64,000 bases of DNA. Source: Candidatus Moraniibacteriota bacterium (GTDB lineage Bacteria; Patescibacteriota; Minisyncoccia; Moranbacterales; UBA1568). The notes under the pieces were generated by a model. The model was not told where the DNA came from, did no database searches, and saw only the letters and a program-made list of their open reading frames with translations. A program made the position numbers and the translations under genes. This document shows positions 20,827 to 31,475 of the stretch, piece by piece; position 1 is the stretch's first letter, and every line of letters starts with the position of its first letter. Location of the stretch: assembly GCA_016699975.1 (NCBI GenBank), contig CP064994.1:193222-257221 (forward strand), read 5' to 3'.

Positions 20827-22231
20827 ATGCGCCTGTTAGGACTGGGGCACTTCTGTATCTCGTATTTCGAGAACCAGGTCTTTCCTGAGGTCGGCATGAG
20901 TTGTGAATTCGCCTCTCGACGTTTTGAGGTGAATGGTGACTGGGATAATACCGATTCCTGATTGCTTTTGCACGAGGAGACGATAATTTTCTTCGGTAAT
21001 AGTGGAGGGAAGTTCGTACGAAGGTACGATTCAATTCCGCGTCGTCTTGACTCCCGACACCCCCGGTTTTTTGGCGGCTGTTTTCAATGAAGGTCGATCC
21101 CTTCGGTGTGAAAACGCGTGTATACGTATGGTAGTCGCTTGTTCGCCAGTCGCCTCCCGGGGCTGTATGCTGATAGGTGTAGACCATCGTTGCTTTGGGG
21201 CGCGTCCCCGTCGTAAAGTCGACCGTGTAGTCGAGCTCACGCCGAACAAAGTAATCACTCTTTAATGCGCCCATGTTGGCATCAACAACGAAAATCGAAT
21301 CGTCTGACCACATTTTGGCGACGCTCCCGTCCCAGTGGACGCTCTCGACGAGTGACTGGAGTTTCGGTTCATGAAAAAAGATCATAATATTTTTATCACG
21401 CAGCTCGTTTTGTGCGAGTTCCGCGACTTTTTGGATCGAGTTGAGAGTCGTAAGGCGCGTCAGCATTTCCGTAGCGAGCTTTTTCATAATATTTTTTCGA
21501 CCCTCCTTGACGGTTCCGGGAACGTCGTCCCCGAGATAAGCTTTTTCTACTGTTTCTTCAAGCTTGAGAGCTCCTCCATTCGATGAATAGGTGCCAGGGT
21601 AGCCGGGAATGGTAATAGGACCCGTGAGTTCGAGCAGGTGATCGAATACGGTTGCATTGACAGCAACCACGCCGTCGAATTTTTCGCGACCGCCCCCTAA
21701 TCGGTAGAAGTACTCCGCCTTCGCGGCGTTCGTCGGAAAGTCCGGAGAGAAGTTCGAGTCACGGAGCATCCACCGCTTAATCTGCATGTAACGCGTCAAG
21801 GGCCATGGCGGTGTTACGCGAATATTTGCGTTTTTTATGCGCTGATTAAGGAGGTTCGCATCTTCCACCATGTGCGAAATAACTTCTCCATTTTTGATCT
21901 TTACCACCGAATACTGGCCCAAGAATCCGCCGCCCGGACGAAGTTCGTAGTTGTTTTGCAAGAGAAGAAGAAATGTTCGTGTTCGATTGTCTTTTGCGGA
22001 AAGTTCTTGCACCAATGCATTCACGACTTCAATTTCTTTTTTTGTATCGGGCTCGATCGGAAGAAGTTTGGAAACTTTTTCGATCGCGGCGAGCGTGCTG
22101 GTTGCCACTTCCGTTTTGTGATTTTTTCCATATGAGAAAAGAAAAAATCCCCCGCCGAGGACAAGAATGAGGAGGGCTCCCACGAGGGCATGTTTTCGAT
22201 TGCCAAAGAAAAAAGAAGGGAATGCCTTCAT
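20827..22231 (-). CDS. DUF4012 domain protein, frame changed near 20985-21010
   Basis: LLLQNNYELRPGGGFLGQYSVVKIKNGEV signature; the ORF-track tail to 20582 runs through the terminator and into thrS and reads as R/S-rich junk, whereas the alternative frame gives a protein-like ...TITEENYRLLVQKQSGIGIIPVTIHLK...EVPQS ending at 20827. Confidence 0.75.
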
Positions 22232-22317
22232 AAGAGAATACGAGAATGACGTGAAACGAATTTTCTCTTTGCTATGGTAGCACGGCGCCTCTTTTTGGGG
22301 AATGCTGCGGCTTCTTG

Positions 22318-23394
22318 GGTGAATTCAAACCCCGAAGCCCCTTTTCTGGTATACTCCGGCGTTAACTTCCAAAAACGCTATGAATATGCCAAAAGGAACG
22401 TCCATAACCTTCTTTGAACGAGAGCGAATCAAAGCTTTCTCCGCATGAAGAAAAAGAAAACATGGATCGCGGAGAAACTTGGAAAGATTCTCCGTCATCA
22501 AGCGAGAGATACGAAGAAATTCGAGTCCGCACCTTCCCTATGTTGCCATCCGAGCTGAAGCGTATGCGGAAAGACGAAAGAAAAATACCAACAAAAGAAA
22601 ACTGGAAAATGGCAAAACGAGAAACTGAAAAAGTTTGTCGAAAGCGAACTCCTAAGGGACATTCACCGGAGCAGATAGCCGGCCGGTTGAAAACATCTCC
22701 TCCGAAAAATCTTTCCTCGTGTACGGATACCTCGATAAGTTACGAATCCATCTATGATTACATTTACCGCGGAGAAGGAAGGGTCGGCGGATGGTACAAC
22801 ATCTGCGACGAAAACAGAAGCGGAGACGACCAAAGTTCTCTCGAAAACCGCGAAAAGAGACGATTCCGGATAGAATACCCATTCACGAAAGACCCGCGGT
22901 CATTACCAAGCGTACACCTTGGAGACTGGGAAACCGATTCCGTGATATTCTCAAAACAGAAGTCAGTACTCTCGGTACAGTACGAGCGAAAAATGAAGCT
23001 ATGCCGATTAAAGAAAGTTCCAAACAAAACAGCGGTCGAAAGCGAACGAGCGATACAGGGACATTTCTCTCGGCTTCCGCAGCAATTGAGGAGAAGATTC
23101 GAGAGATAATGGAACGGAGAATGTTTTGCACGGAGAAACGAAACAAAACTTTCTCTTCCTTCCTACTTCTGCGATACCTACAAAAGTTGGCAGAAAGGAG
23201 GTGTGGAAAACTTGAATGGATTGTTACGAGAGTATTTTCCGAAGAAATGCCCGTTTGATAAAATTTCCCAAAAAGAAGTTCGGTCAGTTCAGGACAAACT
23301 CAACAATCGACCGAGGAAAGCGCTTAACTATTTGACGCCGAATGAAGTTTTTGCCAGGGTACTGGAAAAGGGGCATTAAATTCTTGAACTCACC
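22318..23394 (+). mobile_element. IS30-family insertion sequence, copy 1 (1077 bp) with 3-bp TTG target duplication; the transposase is degraded
   Basis: Terminal inverted repeats GGTGAATTCAA / TTGAACTCACC; flanking ttg|...|ttg; transposase motifs HSPEQIAGRL, GDWETDSVIF, NGLLREYFPK...NNRPRKALNYLTPNEVF spread over three frames. Confidence 0.85.
22375..23370 (+). pseudogene. IS30 transposase with multiple frame changes
   Basis: Comparison with copy 2 shows copy-1-specific deletions at about 22433, 22795 and 22925, plus two frame changes shared by both copies at A-runs. Confidence 0.75.
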
Positions 23395-23444
23395 TTGAAG
23401 GATCGAAAAGGGAATGATAGAGTGAGGCAAGAAAAGCCCGAGAA

Positions 23445-23515
23445 GCGAGTGTAGTATAATGGTAGTACATAACCTTCCCAAGGTTGGGGCACGGGTCCGA
23501 TTCCCGTCACTCGCT
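23445..23515 (+). tRNA. tRNA-Gly (anticodon CCC)
   Basis: Acceptor GCGAGTG/CACTCGC, anticodon loop TTCCCAA, T-loop TCCGATT, U73. Confidence 0.85.
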
Positions 23516-23536
23516 CACATTTTTACGTCAATACAT

Positions 23537-24074
23537 TATGAAGGAGGTGTTCTTGGCGGTGCTGGTGTTTGTGGCGCTCGGGAGCGGCACCCTTCTTTTT
23601 CTTGAGTATCGTCGCGAAGCCGAAAAAACTTCCGATGTGCGACCCTCGATTTCTGAAGGAACGCTTTCCTCGATACCTGGCTCCTCGGAATCTGTTCCTC
23701 GTTTGGCAGAAGAAGAAGGTGATTCAGCTTCTGATGAAGAGGGGGATTCTCCTCCTCCACCTCCTCCCGGAAAGCTCGAGGATGCGGAAACACTCCCTGT
23801 TCTTGTGTTGAATGGCGGAGCTGCCGGAGGAAGCGCGGGAAAGATGGTGTCGTATCTCAAAACGAACGGATATGTGAAGGCTCAGGCCGGAAATATAGAT
23901 GGCTCTCACCGTGGTACGGTGGTGTACTTTTCTTCGGAGAGGGAAAGCGAAGCAAAAGCGCTTCAACTCATTCTGCTCAAGCAGTATTCGGGCGTTACTG
24001 CTAAACCAGCCGCCGAATCTTCTCTTCCCGAAATTCGGTCCGCGTCGCTCTCTGTGGTCATGGGCTCGCAATAG
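23537..24074 (+). CDS. LytR_C domain membrane-anchored protein
   Basis: N-terminal TM; PVLVLNGGAAGGSAGKMVSYLKTNGYVKAQAGNIDGSHRGTVVYF resembles LytR_C. Confidence 0.6.
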
Positions 24075-24383
24075 TACTCCCGAAAAGAATGAGAAAACCG
24101 TATCGGAATTTACGATATGCACGAAAAGCGAAAGTCACCTCTTTCGTTTTTTTGTTCCTTCATTCATTACGGCATCTCTCTCTTCCTGTGAAAGGAGAGA
24201 GCTCCATTTTTTCGAAAATCTTTTCGCTTGTTTGACACGGATCTCTTGCTCTTGCATGAAAGGCTATTGATTTTTTATGATCTTCATTGGAAGATTTTCA
24301 TAATTGATTCAGCATTATCTTGACTGAACCCTCTTTTGATCGAACTAGTTGTCTTTTGGAGAGAAAAGGGGTATGGTAAAGCC

Positions 24384-26240
24384 ATGAATACTGAGGTAGA
24401 GGACATAAAAGCACGGCTTTCGGTACGGGAAGTGATTACCGGATATATTCCGCTTACGAAAATGGGCGCGAGTTGGAAGGGACTGTGCCCGTTTCATCAT
24501 GAAAAGACTCCTTCCTTTGTCGTGAACGAAGAACGGGCCGGTTGGCATTGCTTCGGCTGCAATAAAGGAGGCGATGTCTTCACTTTCGTGATGGAAATGG
24601 ACGGACTCTCTTTTCCTGAGGCGCTCGAGCTTCTTGCTGCGCGCGCCGGCGTCGTTTTGGAACGTCGTGCCCCTCCTTTTCACGGCGAGTCTCGAGGCGC
24701 ATCTTCCGAGGCCTCATCCTCCGAAGCGGTTTCGAAGTTACGACTGGTTGCTCTTCTTGACCTCTCGAGTAAGTTTTTCGAGAAACAGCTTTTTGATGGG
24801 GCGGGAAAAAAAGAAGCGCTCCCCTATTTATTGGATCGGGGTCTTTCGGAAGCGTCGATTCGACTTTTTCGGATTGGTTTTGCGCTTCCGGGGTGGCGGA
24901 CACTCTCCGATTTTTTGGTATCGAAGCATTTTTCGCTCGCGGACATGGAGCAAGCGGGCATGGTGGTGAGAAAATCCCGGGAAGATTTTTCGGGGAATGA
25001 ATCTCGATCCCAAGAAGGGTGGTATGATCGTTTTCGAGCGCGCATTACTTTTCCGATCTTCGATGCAAGTGGACGTATACTTGGTTTTTCCGCACGGGTT
25101 CTTCCTGGTGCCGACGATGCACAGGCGAAGTATGTGAACACGCCCGAAACGGTGTTGTATCACAAATCTCGTGCGCTCTACGGATTTTTCCAGGCGAAAC
25201 GAGCCATTCGCGAAGCGGGTCACGCGATTCTCGTCGAGGGAAATACGGATGTGATCGCGATGTATCAGGCGGGATTTCGAAATACGGTGGCGGTCTCGGG
25301 TACCGCGCTCACCGAGGAGCACCTTCGCTTCCTTCGGCGCTCGACCGATACGCTTAAACTTTTTTTTGATATGGATAGCGCCGGGCAAATTGCTGCGCGA
25401 AAGAGTGCGGAGATGGCGCTTCTTCTTGGATTTTCGGTGTCGATCGTTGCTCTTTCTTCTGGAAAAGACGCTGCGGAAATTGCACGAACGGATCCTCGGT
25501 CGCTCGAGGCGGCGCTTCTTGGGGCGCTTCCCGCGCCGGAATATTTTTTGCATCGCACGCTCCTTGAACACTCGACTCGAACGGCGGAAGGAAAGCGACG
25601 AGCCGCCGAAAGTATGGCAGGTATAGTGCGCGCTCTTACTCACGCTATCGAACGCGCCCACTGGGTCAAACATGTTGCTGAACGAATCGGGATATCAGAA
25701 GCGTCATTCGACTCCGTCGTGCGATCGGTACGCTCAGATCTTTCTTTTGCTCAATCTCCGGAACCAATGAATTCTCTCGAACGTGAGGAGCGATTCGAAG
25801 AGCCGTCACGAAAGATTCTTCTTGATATCACAAGCGTCCTTCTCGCTGCTCCTCATCTCCTCCCTTTTTCGGTTGAAGACTTCGAAGACCGGGCACTACG
25901 GGCAGTGTCCGAGCTGCCACTCCTCTCTTTCCTTTCTGGAATTTCTGCGGCAGAATTTTCTTTTCGAACGATTCCGGAAGACATGAAATCCGAAGCCGCG
26001 CGGTATGCGTTTTTCGGAGAAAAACTTCTAGGAGTTTCTGTCTCCGAGGGCGAGGCATCCGCCGCTCCCGAAAAAGCGCGCTCACTTCTTGCGGAATTGG
26101 TGGCGCGCTTTCGAAGTGAACTCCGCAAAGAGGAAATGAGGGCTCTCGAACGCGCGATGCGCATCGCTCGGGAAGCGGGGAATTTTTCCGAGGAACGCGA
26201 ACTCGCCGAGCGCCTCATGGCAGTGGGAAGAGAAGGGTAA
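24384..26240 (+). CDS. dnaG: DNA primase
   Basis: CHC2 zinc finger CPFHHEKTPSF...WHCFGC; TOPRIM AILVEGNTDVIAMYQAG...VAVSGTALT. Confidence 0.92.
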   Translation: MNTEVEDIKARLSVREVITGYIPLTKMGASWKGLCPFHHEKTPSFVVNEERAGWHCFGCNKGGDVFTFVMEMDGLSFPEALELLAARAGVVLERRAPPFHGESRGASSEASSSEAVSKLRLVALLDLSSKFFEKQLFDGAGKKEALPYLLDRGLSEASIRLFRIGFALPGWRTLSDFLVSKHFSLADMEQAGMVVRKSREDFSGNESRSQEGWYDRFRARITFPIFDASGRILGFSARVLPGADDAQAKYVNTPETVLYHKSRALYGFFQAKRAIREAGHAILVEGNTDVIAMYQAGFRNTVAVSGTALTEEHLRFLRRSTDTLKLFFDMDSAGQIAARKSAEMALLLGFSVSIVALSSGKDAAEIARTDPRSLEAALLGALPAPEYFLHRTLLEHSTRTAEGKRRAAESMAGIVRALTHAIERAHWVKHVAERIGISEASFDSVVRSVRSDLSFAQSPEPMNSLEREERFEEPSRKILLDITSVLLAAPHLLPFSVEDFEDRALRAVSELPLLSFLSGISAAEFSFRTIPEDMKSEAARYAFFGEKLLGVSVSEGEASAAPEKARSLLAELVARFRSELRKEEMRALERAMRIAREAGNFSEERELAERLMAVGREG

Positions 26241-26354
26241 TATTTCCTTTCCCCGGCTTTAAACGGCGTCATTTTTTGACGAGGGGGGGTCTCTCGTGTA
26301 CCATGGACCCATATTCTCGAAGAGAAAAGTTCACTTCTTCTTTCTTCTCTTTTT

Positions 26355-27815
26355 ATGAGACGCTCCCGAACCGCTCCCCGCGCTTCAAAGGGAAAGAAAC
26401 CGCGGAAGCCCGCTCGCTCCACTTCTTCCACCAAGAAAAAAAAGATGCCAAAAAAAGCTTTTTCTCTTCACCGTTCTTCCGAAAAGAAACGAACAACTCC
26501 TTCCGGAAAAGGTCGCAGCGCTCACGCCAAAAAAGCGATACGAAAACCATCCCGATCGGCAGCGAAAACGAAACGCCCTTCGAAATCTTCGTCACGCCCT
26601 CCTTCTCGAGAGAAGCAGTCCCGAGACACTCACAAGAAGCTCCCTGCTCCCGAGTCTCCCCTCGAGGTGAAGCCCGAAGAGAAAGAGATACGAAGGGTGA
26701 ATGCGTTCGAAGAACTTCTCTTTCGTGGTCGACAGCGAGGCTTTGTTACGGAAGACGAAATTATTCATATTTTGCCGGACATCGAGCATGATCTCGAGAA
26801 TCTTGAAAATCTCTATGAGAAATTTGAGACGAGCGGCGTGAAAGTGGTCGACTCGAGCGATATGCTGAAGCTTGAGACCGACAAGATTGGAGAGGAATTT
26901 TCTGGAAAGAAAAAGAACGCCAAGAAGAAAGAAAAGGAAACATCAATTCTTGGTGGTCCTGAAAAAACCGAGGAAGAAGCGGGTGATTCCGCTGACCTGG
27001 TGCAAATGTATCTGCGGGAAATTGGGCGCGTCCCTCTTATTTCGGGACAAGAGGAAGTACGACTGGCAAAGCAGATCGAAGCAGGAGATGCCTCTTCCAA
27101 GCAGCGCCTTACCGAAGCGAACCTGAGACTTGTGGTCTCGATCGCCAAAAAATATGTGGGACGGTCTCACAATCTTTCGCTGCTCGATTTGGTGCAGGAA
27201 GGAAATATCGGACTCTTTCGCGCCGTTGAAAAATTTGATTTTCGGAAGGGATTCAAGTTCTCGACTTACGCAACGTGGTGGATTCGCCAGGCAATTACGC
27301 GCGCACTTGCCGATCAATCGCGCACGATTCGCATTCCTGTTCACATGGTCGAAACGATTAATAAATATAGCCAAGTGACACGTCGTCTCGTTCAAGAGCT
27401 TGGCAGAGAGCCGCTTCCCGAGGAAATTGCCGTTGAGATGGGAGTCGAAGTTGAAAAGATTCGTCACATCCAAAAGATTTCCCAAGAAACAGTTTCTCTT
27501 GAGACGAGTGTGGGTTCCGATGACGACGAAAGCGTGCTTGGCGATTTTATTGAGGATACGGAGACGGTCATGCCGCATCAGGCGGCTGCGCGAAAATTGC
27601 TTTCCTCGCATATTGCAGAAGTGCTGGATGAGCTTTCGCCACGTGAGCAAAAGATTCTGAAGATCCGCTTCGGTCTCGAAGACGGAGTGGTTCATACGCT
27701 CGAAGAGGTGGGGCAGGAATTTGGCGTGACTCGCGAGCGTATTCGCCAGATCGAAGCGAAGGCGCTCGAGAAAATTCGCGAGCACGATATCGTAAAGAAA
27801 CTGAAAGATTATTGA
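26355..27815 (+). CDS. rpoD: RNA polymerase sigma-70 factor with about 110 aa of Lys/Arg/Ser-rich N-terminal extension; the start codon is uncertain
   Basis: Region 1.2 [11 protein letters not shown]; region 2 [33 protein letters not shown]...[10 protein letters not shown]; region 4 [20 protein letters not shown]. Confidence 0.9.
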   Translation: MRRSRTAPRASKGKKPRKPARSTSSTKKKKMPKKAFSLHRSSEKKRTTPSGKGRSAHAKKAIRKPSRSAAKTKRPSKSSSRPPSREKQSRDTHKKLPAPESPLEVKPEEKEIRRVNAFEELLFRGRQRGFVTEDEIIHILPDIEHDLENLENLYEKFETSGVKVVDSSDMLKLETDKIGEEFSGKKKNAKKKEKETSILGGPEKTEEEAGDSADLVQMYLREIGRVPLISGQEEVRLAKQIEAGDASSKQRLTEANLRLVVSIAKKYVGRSHNLSLLDLVQEGNIGLFRAVEKFDFRKGFKFSTYATWWIRQAITRALADQSRTIRIPVHMVETINKYSQVTRRLVQELGREPLPEEIAVEMGVEVEKIRHIQKISQETVSLETSVGSDDDESVLGDFIEDTETVMPHQAAARKLLSSHIAEVLDELSPREQKILKIRFGLEDGVVHTLEEVGQEFGVTRERIRQIEAKALEKIREHDIVKKLKDY

Positions 27816-27830
27816 AAGAGGCACTTAGGA

Positions 27831-28349
27831 GTGTCGAGGGAATCCGCTTTGCCTATGCCGCACATCCACACCAAACCGGGACAGATTGATTTCATCGCGG
27901 AAGTTTTTTGTGTCTACCAGGATAGGGTTTTGTTTCGTTTTCATGAGAAAGCGCGCCTCTGGATCGCGCCTGGCGGACACATTGAGCTCCATGAAACGCC
28001 GGAAGAAGCAGCTATCCGCGAAGTAAAAGAAGAAACTGGTTTGGACGTCACTCTGTTTTCTGGAAAGAAAGAAACAAGCGAGCACGAACCTGTTGGGACG
28101 AACTTGCTTGGAGATTGCCGAGAGCTTCTGGTGCCTGCTTTTCTGAATGTTCACGCAATAAATGCTGAGCATCGGCATATAAGCCTGGTCTACTTTGGCA
28201 CGGTCATAACCGACCACATCATTCAACCCGAGAATCATGAGAAGGCAGAGTGTCGCTGGCTCACTCGAGAACAAGTTCAGAGTGACACTGCCATTACGCC
28301 TCTCATGAAAAAGTACGCTCTCGTTGCACTTGAGACCTTGTCTCATTGA
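27831..28349 (+). CDS. NUDIX hydrolase
   Basis: Canonical Nudix box GGHIELHETPEEAAIREVKEETGLDV. Confidence 0.85.
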   Translation: MSRESALPMPHIHTKPGQIDFIAEVFCVYQDRVLFRFHEKARLWIAPGGHIELHETPEEAAIREVKEETGLDVTLFSGKKETSEHEPVGTNLLGDCRELLVPAFLNVHAINAEHRHISLVYFGTVITDHIIQPENHEKAECRWLTREQVQSDTAITPLMKKYALVALETLSH

Positions 28350-28402
28350 GAGAGTGCCTAGTTCCTTTGTAATGTGCCCTTTAAAGGGCGAGGAGAAGAG
28401 AA

Positions 28403-28651
28403 ATGTGTCTTGCGGTCCCAGTCTTGATCGTAGAGCTTCTGGAAAACGAAGAAGCAATAGTTGACATGGGAGGTGTTCGGAAAAAGATTTCTACCGCACT
28501 TCTGGATGGAGTAGCGGTGGGAGAGTACGTAATCGTCCATGTCGGCTACGCACTCAGCCGAATTGATCCCGAAGAAGCTAAAAAAACGCTTCGGCTCATG
28601 CAGAAAGGAGCAGTGAACGACTCTCTTTCCGAGTTCGAATCAGCGGCGTGA
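28403..28651 (+). CDS. hypC: HypC/HybG-family [NiFe]-hydrogenase maturation chaperone (orphan)
   Basis: N-terminal MCLAVP signature with Cys2, ~80 aa, beta-barrel-like pattern. Confidence 0.7.
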   Translation: MCLAVPVLIVELLENEEAIVDMGGVRKKISTALLDGVAVGEYVIVHVGYALSRIDPEEAKKTLRLMQKGAVNDSLSEFESAA

Positions 28652-28929
28652 ACGTCCCGCCTTCCCGAATATCGCGATATTCGGGAAGGCTTTTTGATAA
28701 AAGTTGCGGAATCCTTTCGAACCTTGTTGCCTTTCCAATTGTCCAAGTGTTTTCCGAAGAGAGGAATCACGGAAGAGTCAGAGGGAGCTTTCCTAGATTT
28801 CTTCCCACCTGGTTGAGAGTCCCGTTTCTCTTTTTGGATGTTTGGTTCGATGCTTGGTTCTTTCGCTTGCCAATGTGAATCTTCTTTCCTATACTGGCCA
28901 TGCATCTTTTGCAACGTGAGAAAATGTAT

Positions 28930-29001
28930 TCCGGCGTAGCTCAGCGGTAGAGCGAGGGACTGTTAATCCCCAGGTCGCAGGTTCGAATCCTGCCGCCGGA
29001 G
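28930..29001 (+). tRNA. tRNA-Asn (anticodon GTT)
   Basis: Acceptor TCCGGCG/CGCCGGA, D-arm GCTC/GAGC, anticodon loop CTGTTAA, T-arm GCAGGTTCGAATCCTGC, G73. Confidence 0.85.
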
Positions 29002-29115
29002 CATCATAGGACTCTGAGCATATTCTGCCCAAAGTTTTGTTTTATCAGAGCCAAAACCGAGAGGTTCTAGGTGAAACCGTCTTTTTATTTTATATAAGCC
29101 ACTAATAATAAAAAA

Positions 29116-29640
29116 ATGGAAAATGCGACAACAGATGTTAGCCAAAATGTTTCAAGTCAAAGCGTAGCAATCCCAGAAAAAAAGCACGATATGGCTTGGG
29201 TAATTTCTCAAATTATTCTTAGGGAGTTCATAGTTGGATTTCCGATAATTATGGTGTTGATGATAATTGCAGGAATTATAGTTGTTAGCAGTGGCGTAAA
29301 CATTGAAGCACTATTGCAAAGAGCACAAGCAGAACCAGAATTTGCAAAACAATTAGCTATGCTAAATCAGCTTGTTAGTGCAGTATTATTTCCAATTTCC
29401 TATATCGGAACACGCTGGGGATGTAAATATGTGACAAAAGCACTTATATTGAGGAAAAGGATTTTGGAAAAATAGGATATTGGATCGGACTTATTCCAAT
29501 TGCTTTTGGATTGATAAGTGGAAGTGTTATGTTAGGGGCAGCTTTCTTTGGTATTTTTGTTACACCAAAATTAGTAAAGAAGTGGCTTGCAAAGTTTAGT
29601 GCTGAAAATAATTCATTAGACCTGTTGCCTTTTAAGCAAC
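29116..29640 (+). CDS. Hypothetical multi-TM membrane protein; frame changed near 29465 and its 3' end runs into the IS terminal repeat
   Basis: ORF 29116..29475, then an alternative frame IGYWIGLIPIAFGLISGSVMLGAAFFGIFVTPK... that continues into the IS left inverted repeat. Confidence 0.45.
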
Positions 29641-30652
29641 ACTGTTAAAATTGAGTTATCCTAAAAACAAACATAAAACCATGATAAACATCCAGCGAGT
29701 ATTGAAGAATCCAAGGGCAATGTCAGCATTAACAGGTGCAACAGCAACGGAATTCAAGCAGCTTCTTCCTGATTTTATCAAAACGTGGGAAAGTTCAAAA
29801 CGTTATCAACACAGACGAGATGCTGGAGTCAGAAAAATCGGAGCAGGCAGAAAGGGTTTTCTAAAATCCATGGAAACAAAACTGTTCTACGTCCTTTTTT
29901 ACTACAAATGTTATCCAACCTATGACCTTCTCAGTATCATTTATGATTGCAATCGCTCCAATGCTTGCAGACGACAATTTGAGTTAGGAAATCTTTTGGA
30001 AAAAACCTTGGGCAGAAAGCGAGTTCTTCCAGAAAGGAAAATGAGAAAACTCGAAGAGTTTTTCAAAGCTTTTCCGGAGGCGCGAGAAGTCTTCATTGAT
30101 GGCACGGAACGTCCCATTCAGCGTTCAAAAGACAAGGAAAAACAGGAAGAAAACTACTCCGGCAAGAAAAAGAAACATACCCGAAAAAACATTGTTATTA
30201 CTGACAAGAAAAAACGAATTGGTTTTTTGAGTAAGACTGAAGGAGGAAAAAATCATGATTTTCCGATGCTCAAAAGATACGCTTCTCCTGACAATATGCC
30301 AACCAAAATCAAGAAACATTTGGATTTGGGATTCAAGGGGTTTCAAAATCAGTTTCCTGGTCACAAAGTATCAATGCCCAAGAGAAAACCAAGGACAAAA
30401 GAACTCACTGAATTTTCCAAAGAACAAAACAAGAAAAAATCTGCAATCAGAGTCTTGGTTGAAAATGCTCTTGCCGGTGTTAAAAGACTCAGAATTGTTA
30501 CGGATGTATTTCGCAACAAGAAAAAGAATTTCGACGATCAAGCAATGTTCATTTCCTGCGGACTCTGGAATTACCATTTATCAGTAAAATGGTAATTCCA
30601 GAATCTTCATGGAGATTCTTGTTAATTTAAGTTGCTATTAAGCAACAGGTCT
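29618..30652 (+). mobile_element. IS5/Harbinger-like insertion sequence (DDE_Tnp_4 transposase) with 24-bp imperfect terminal inverted repeats and a 3-bp ATT direct repeat
   Basis: Left end agacctgttgccttttaagcaac vs right end gttgctattaagcaacaggtct; flanked by att on both sides. Confidence 0.75.
29651..30595 (+). CDS. DDE_Tnp_4-family transposase
   Basis: N-terminal HTH_Tnp_4-like LTGATATEFKQLL...GAGRKGFL; catalytic YSGKKKKHTRKNIVITDKKKRIGFLSKTEGGKNHDFPMLK. Confidence 0.8.
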   Translation: MSYPKNKHKTMINIQRVLKNPRAMSALTGATATEFKQLLPDFIKTWESSKRYQHRRDAGVRKIGAGRKGFLKSMETKLFYVLFYYKCYPTYDLLSIIYDCNRSNACRRQFELGNLLEKTLGRKRVLPERKMRKLEEFFKAFPEAREVFIDGTERPIQRSKDKEKQEENYSGKKKKHTRKNIVITDKKKRIGFLSKTEGGKNHDFPMLKRYASPDNMPTKIKKHLDLGFKGFQNQFPGHKVSMPKRKPRTKELTEFSKEQNKKKSAIRVLVENALAGVKRLRIVTDVFRNKKKNFDDQAMFISCGLWNYHLSVKW

Positions 30653-30711
30653 ATTAGATAAAATCCCACTTAGGGATTTTATTGTGTCCAAAAATTTACT
30701 AAAATATAAAT

Positions 30712-31172
30712 ATGTGGAATAAAGTAACAAAATTTATACCAGAAAATTTTAGAATTGTTGCCACATTGGTTACATTTTCAATTATAACCTTCATAAATGA
30801 GGGGTCTGGGGGTAGTTTTTCAATGAATAAGTTTACAGATAGTGGATTTGCGGGTTTTTCTTTGGAAAATGCTCTCAAAGGAACATTGATGACATACCTC
30901 TATCTTTTTGAAGGGTTATCTATTCTTGGAGTGCTTATTGTTATTATGTGGCGCGTGATCGCTGGATATTGGATTTGGAATATGAAGGATCACACAAAAA
31001 TGTCAGAAAACAAAGCGAAGAAGAGTTTACAGAAAACAATACTAAGGCATTCAATTACATTATAAAACTCGCATTGATTGCGGGGTTGGTAACTGGCGTA
31101 TTTGTAATTATAATCGGATTTGCACTCAAGTTCTATATTCATTATAAAACTGGCAGTTGGTGGTTAGAATAA
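30712..31172 (+). CDS. Hypothetical small membrane protein, frame changed near 30950
   Basis: ORFs 30712..31065 and 30948..31172 overlap; both halves are hydrophobic. Confidence 0.4.
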
Positions 31173-31410
31173 ATTATTGAAATGCAAAAGTGTTCAAAAA
31201 AAGTTCTAAATCTGCCCTGAATTTGAGCGATTTCAGTTCTGAATATAGCAAATTGGCGGAGCCAAACTCGGATTAGGAGCAGCGAAATCTGCTTCTTTTC
31301 CTTTTACAGGGTCTTGAGCTGCATGTTCGAGTGTACCTATTTTTTTCAATTTCAATGAACATGAAAGCGAGACCGTCTTTGATGATGGAGAACGGTTCTT
31401 TCGCGTTTGT

Positions 31411-31475
31411 CCACTAGGCGGAGCAGCCAAAACAAGGCTTGAGCGGGCCTTGTTTTTGTATATCCTCTGTTGGAG
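31411..31475 (+). repeat. Hairpin repeat family, copy A (truncated, abutting IS30 copy 2)
   Basis: ccactaggcGGAGCAGccAAAACAAGGCttgagcggGCCTTGTTTTtgtatatcctctgttggag; about 90% identical to copy C. Confidence 0.8.

Noticed and set aside
24828-25673. 281-aa minus-strand ORF inside dnaG, and the similar 293-aa ORF 26943..27824 inside rpoD
   Set aside because: They are antisense to strongly conserved genes, and their Arg/Lys/Ser-rich translations are typical of spurious GC-rich mirror frames.
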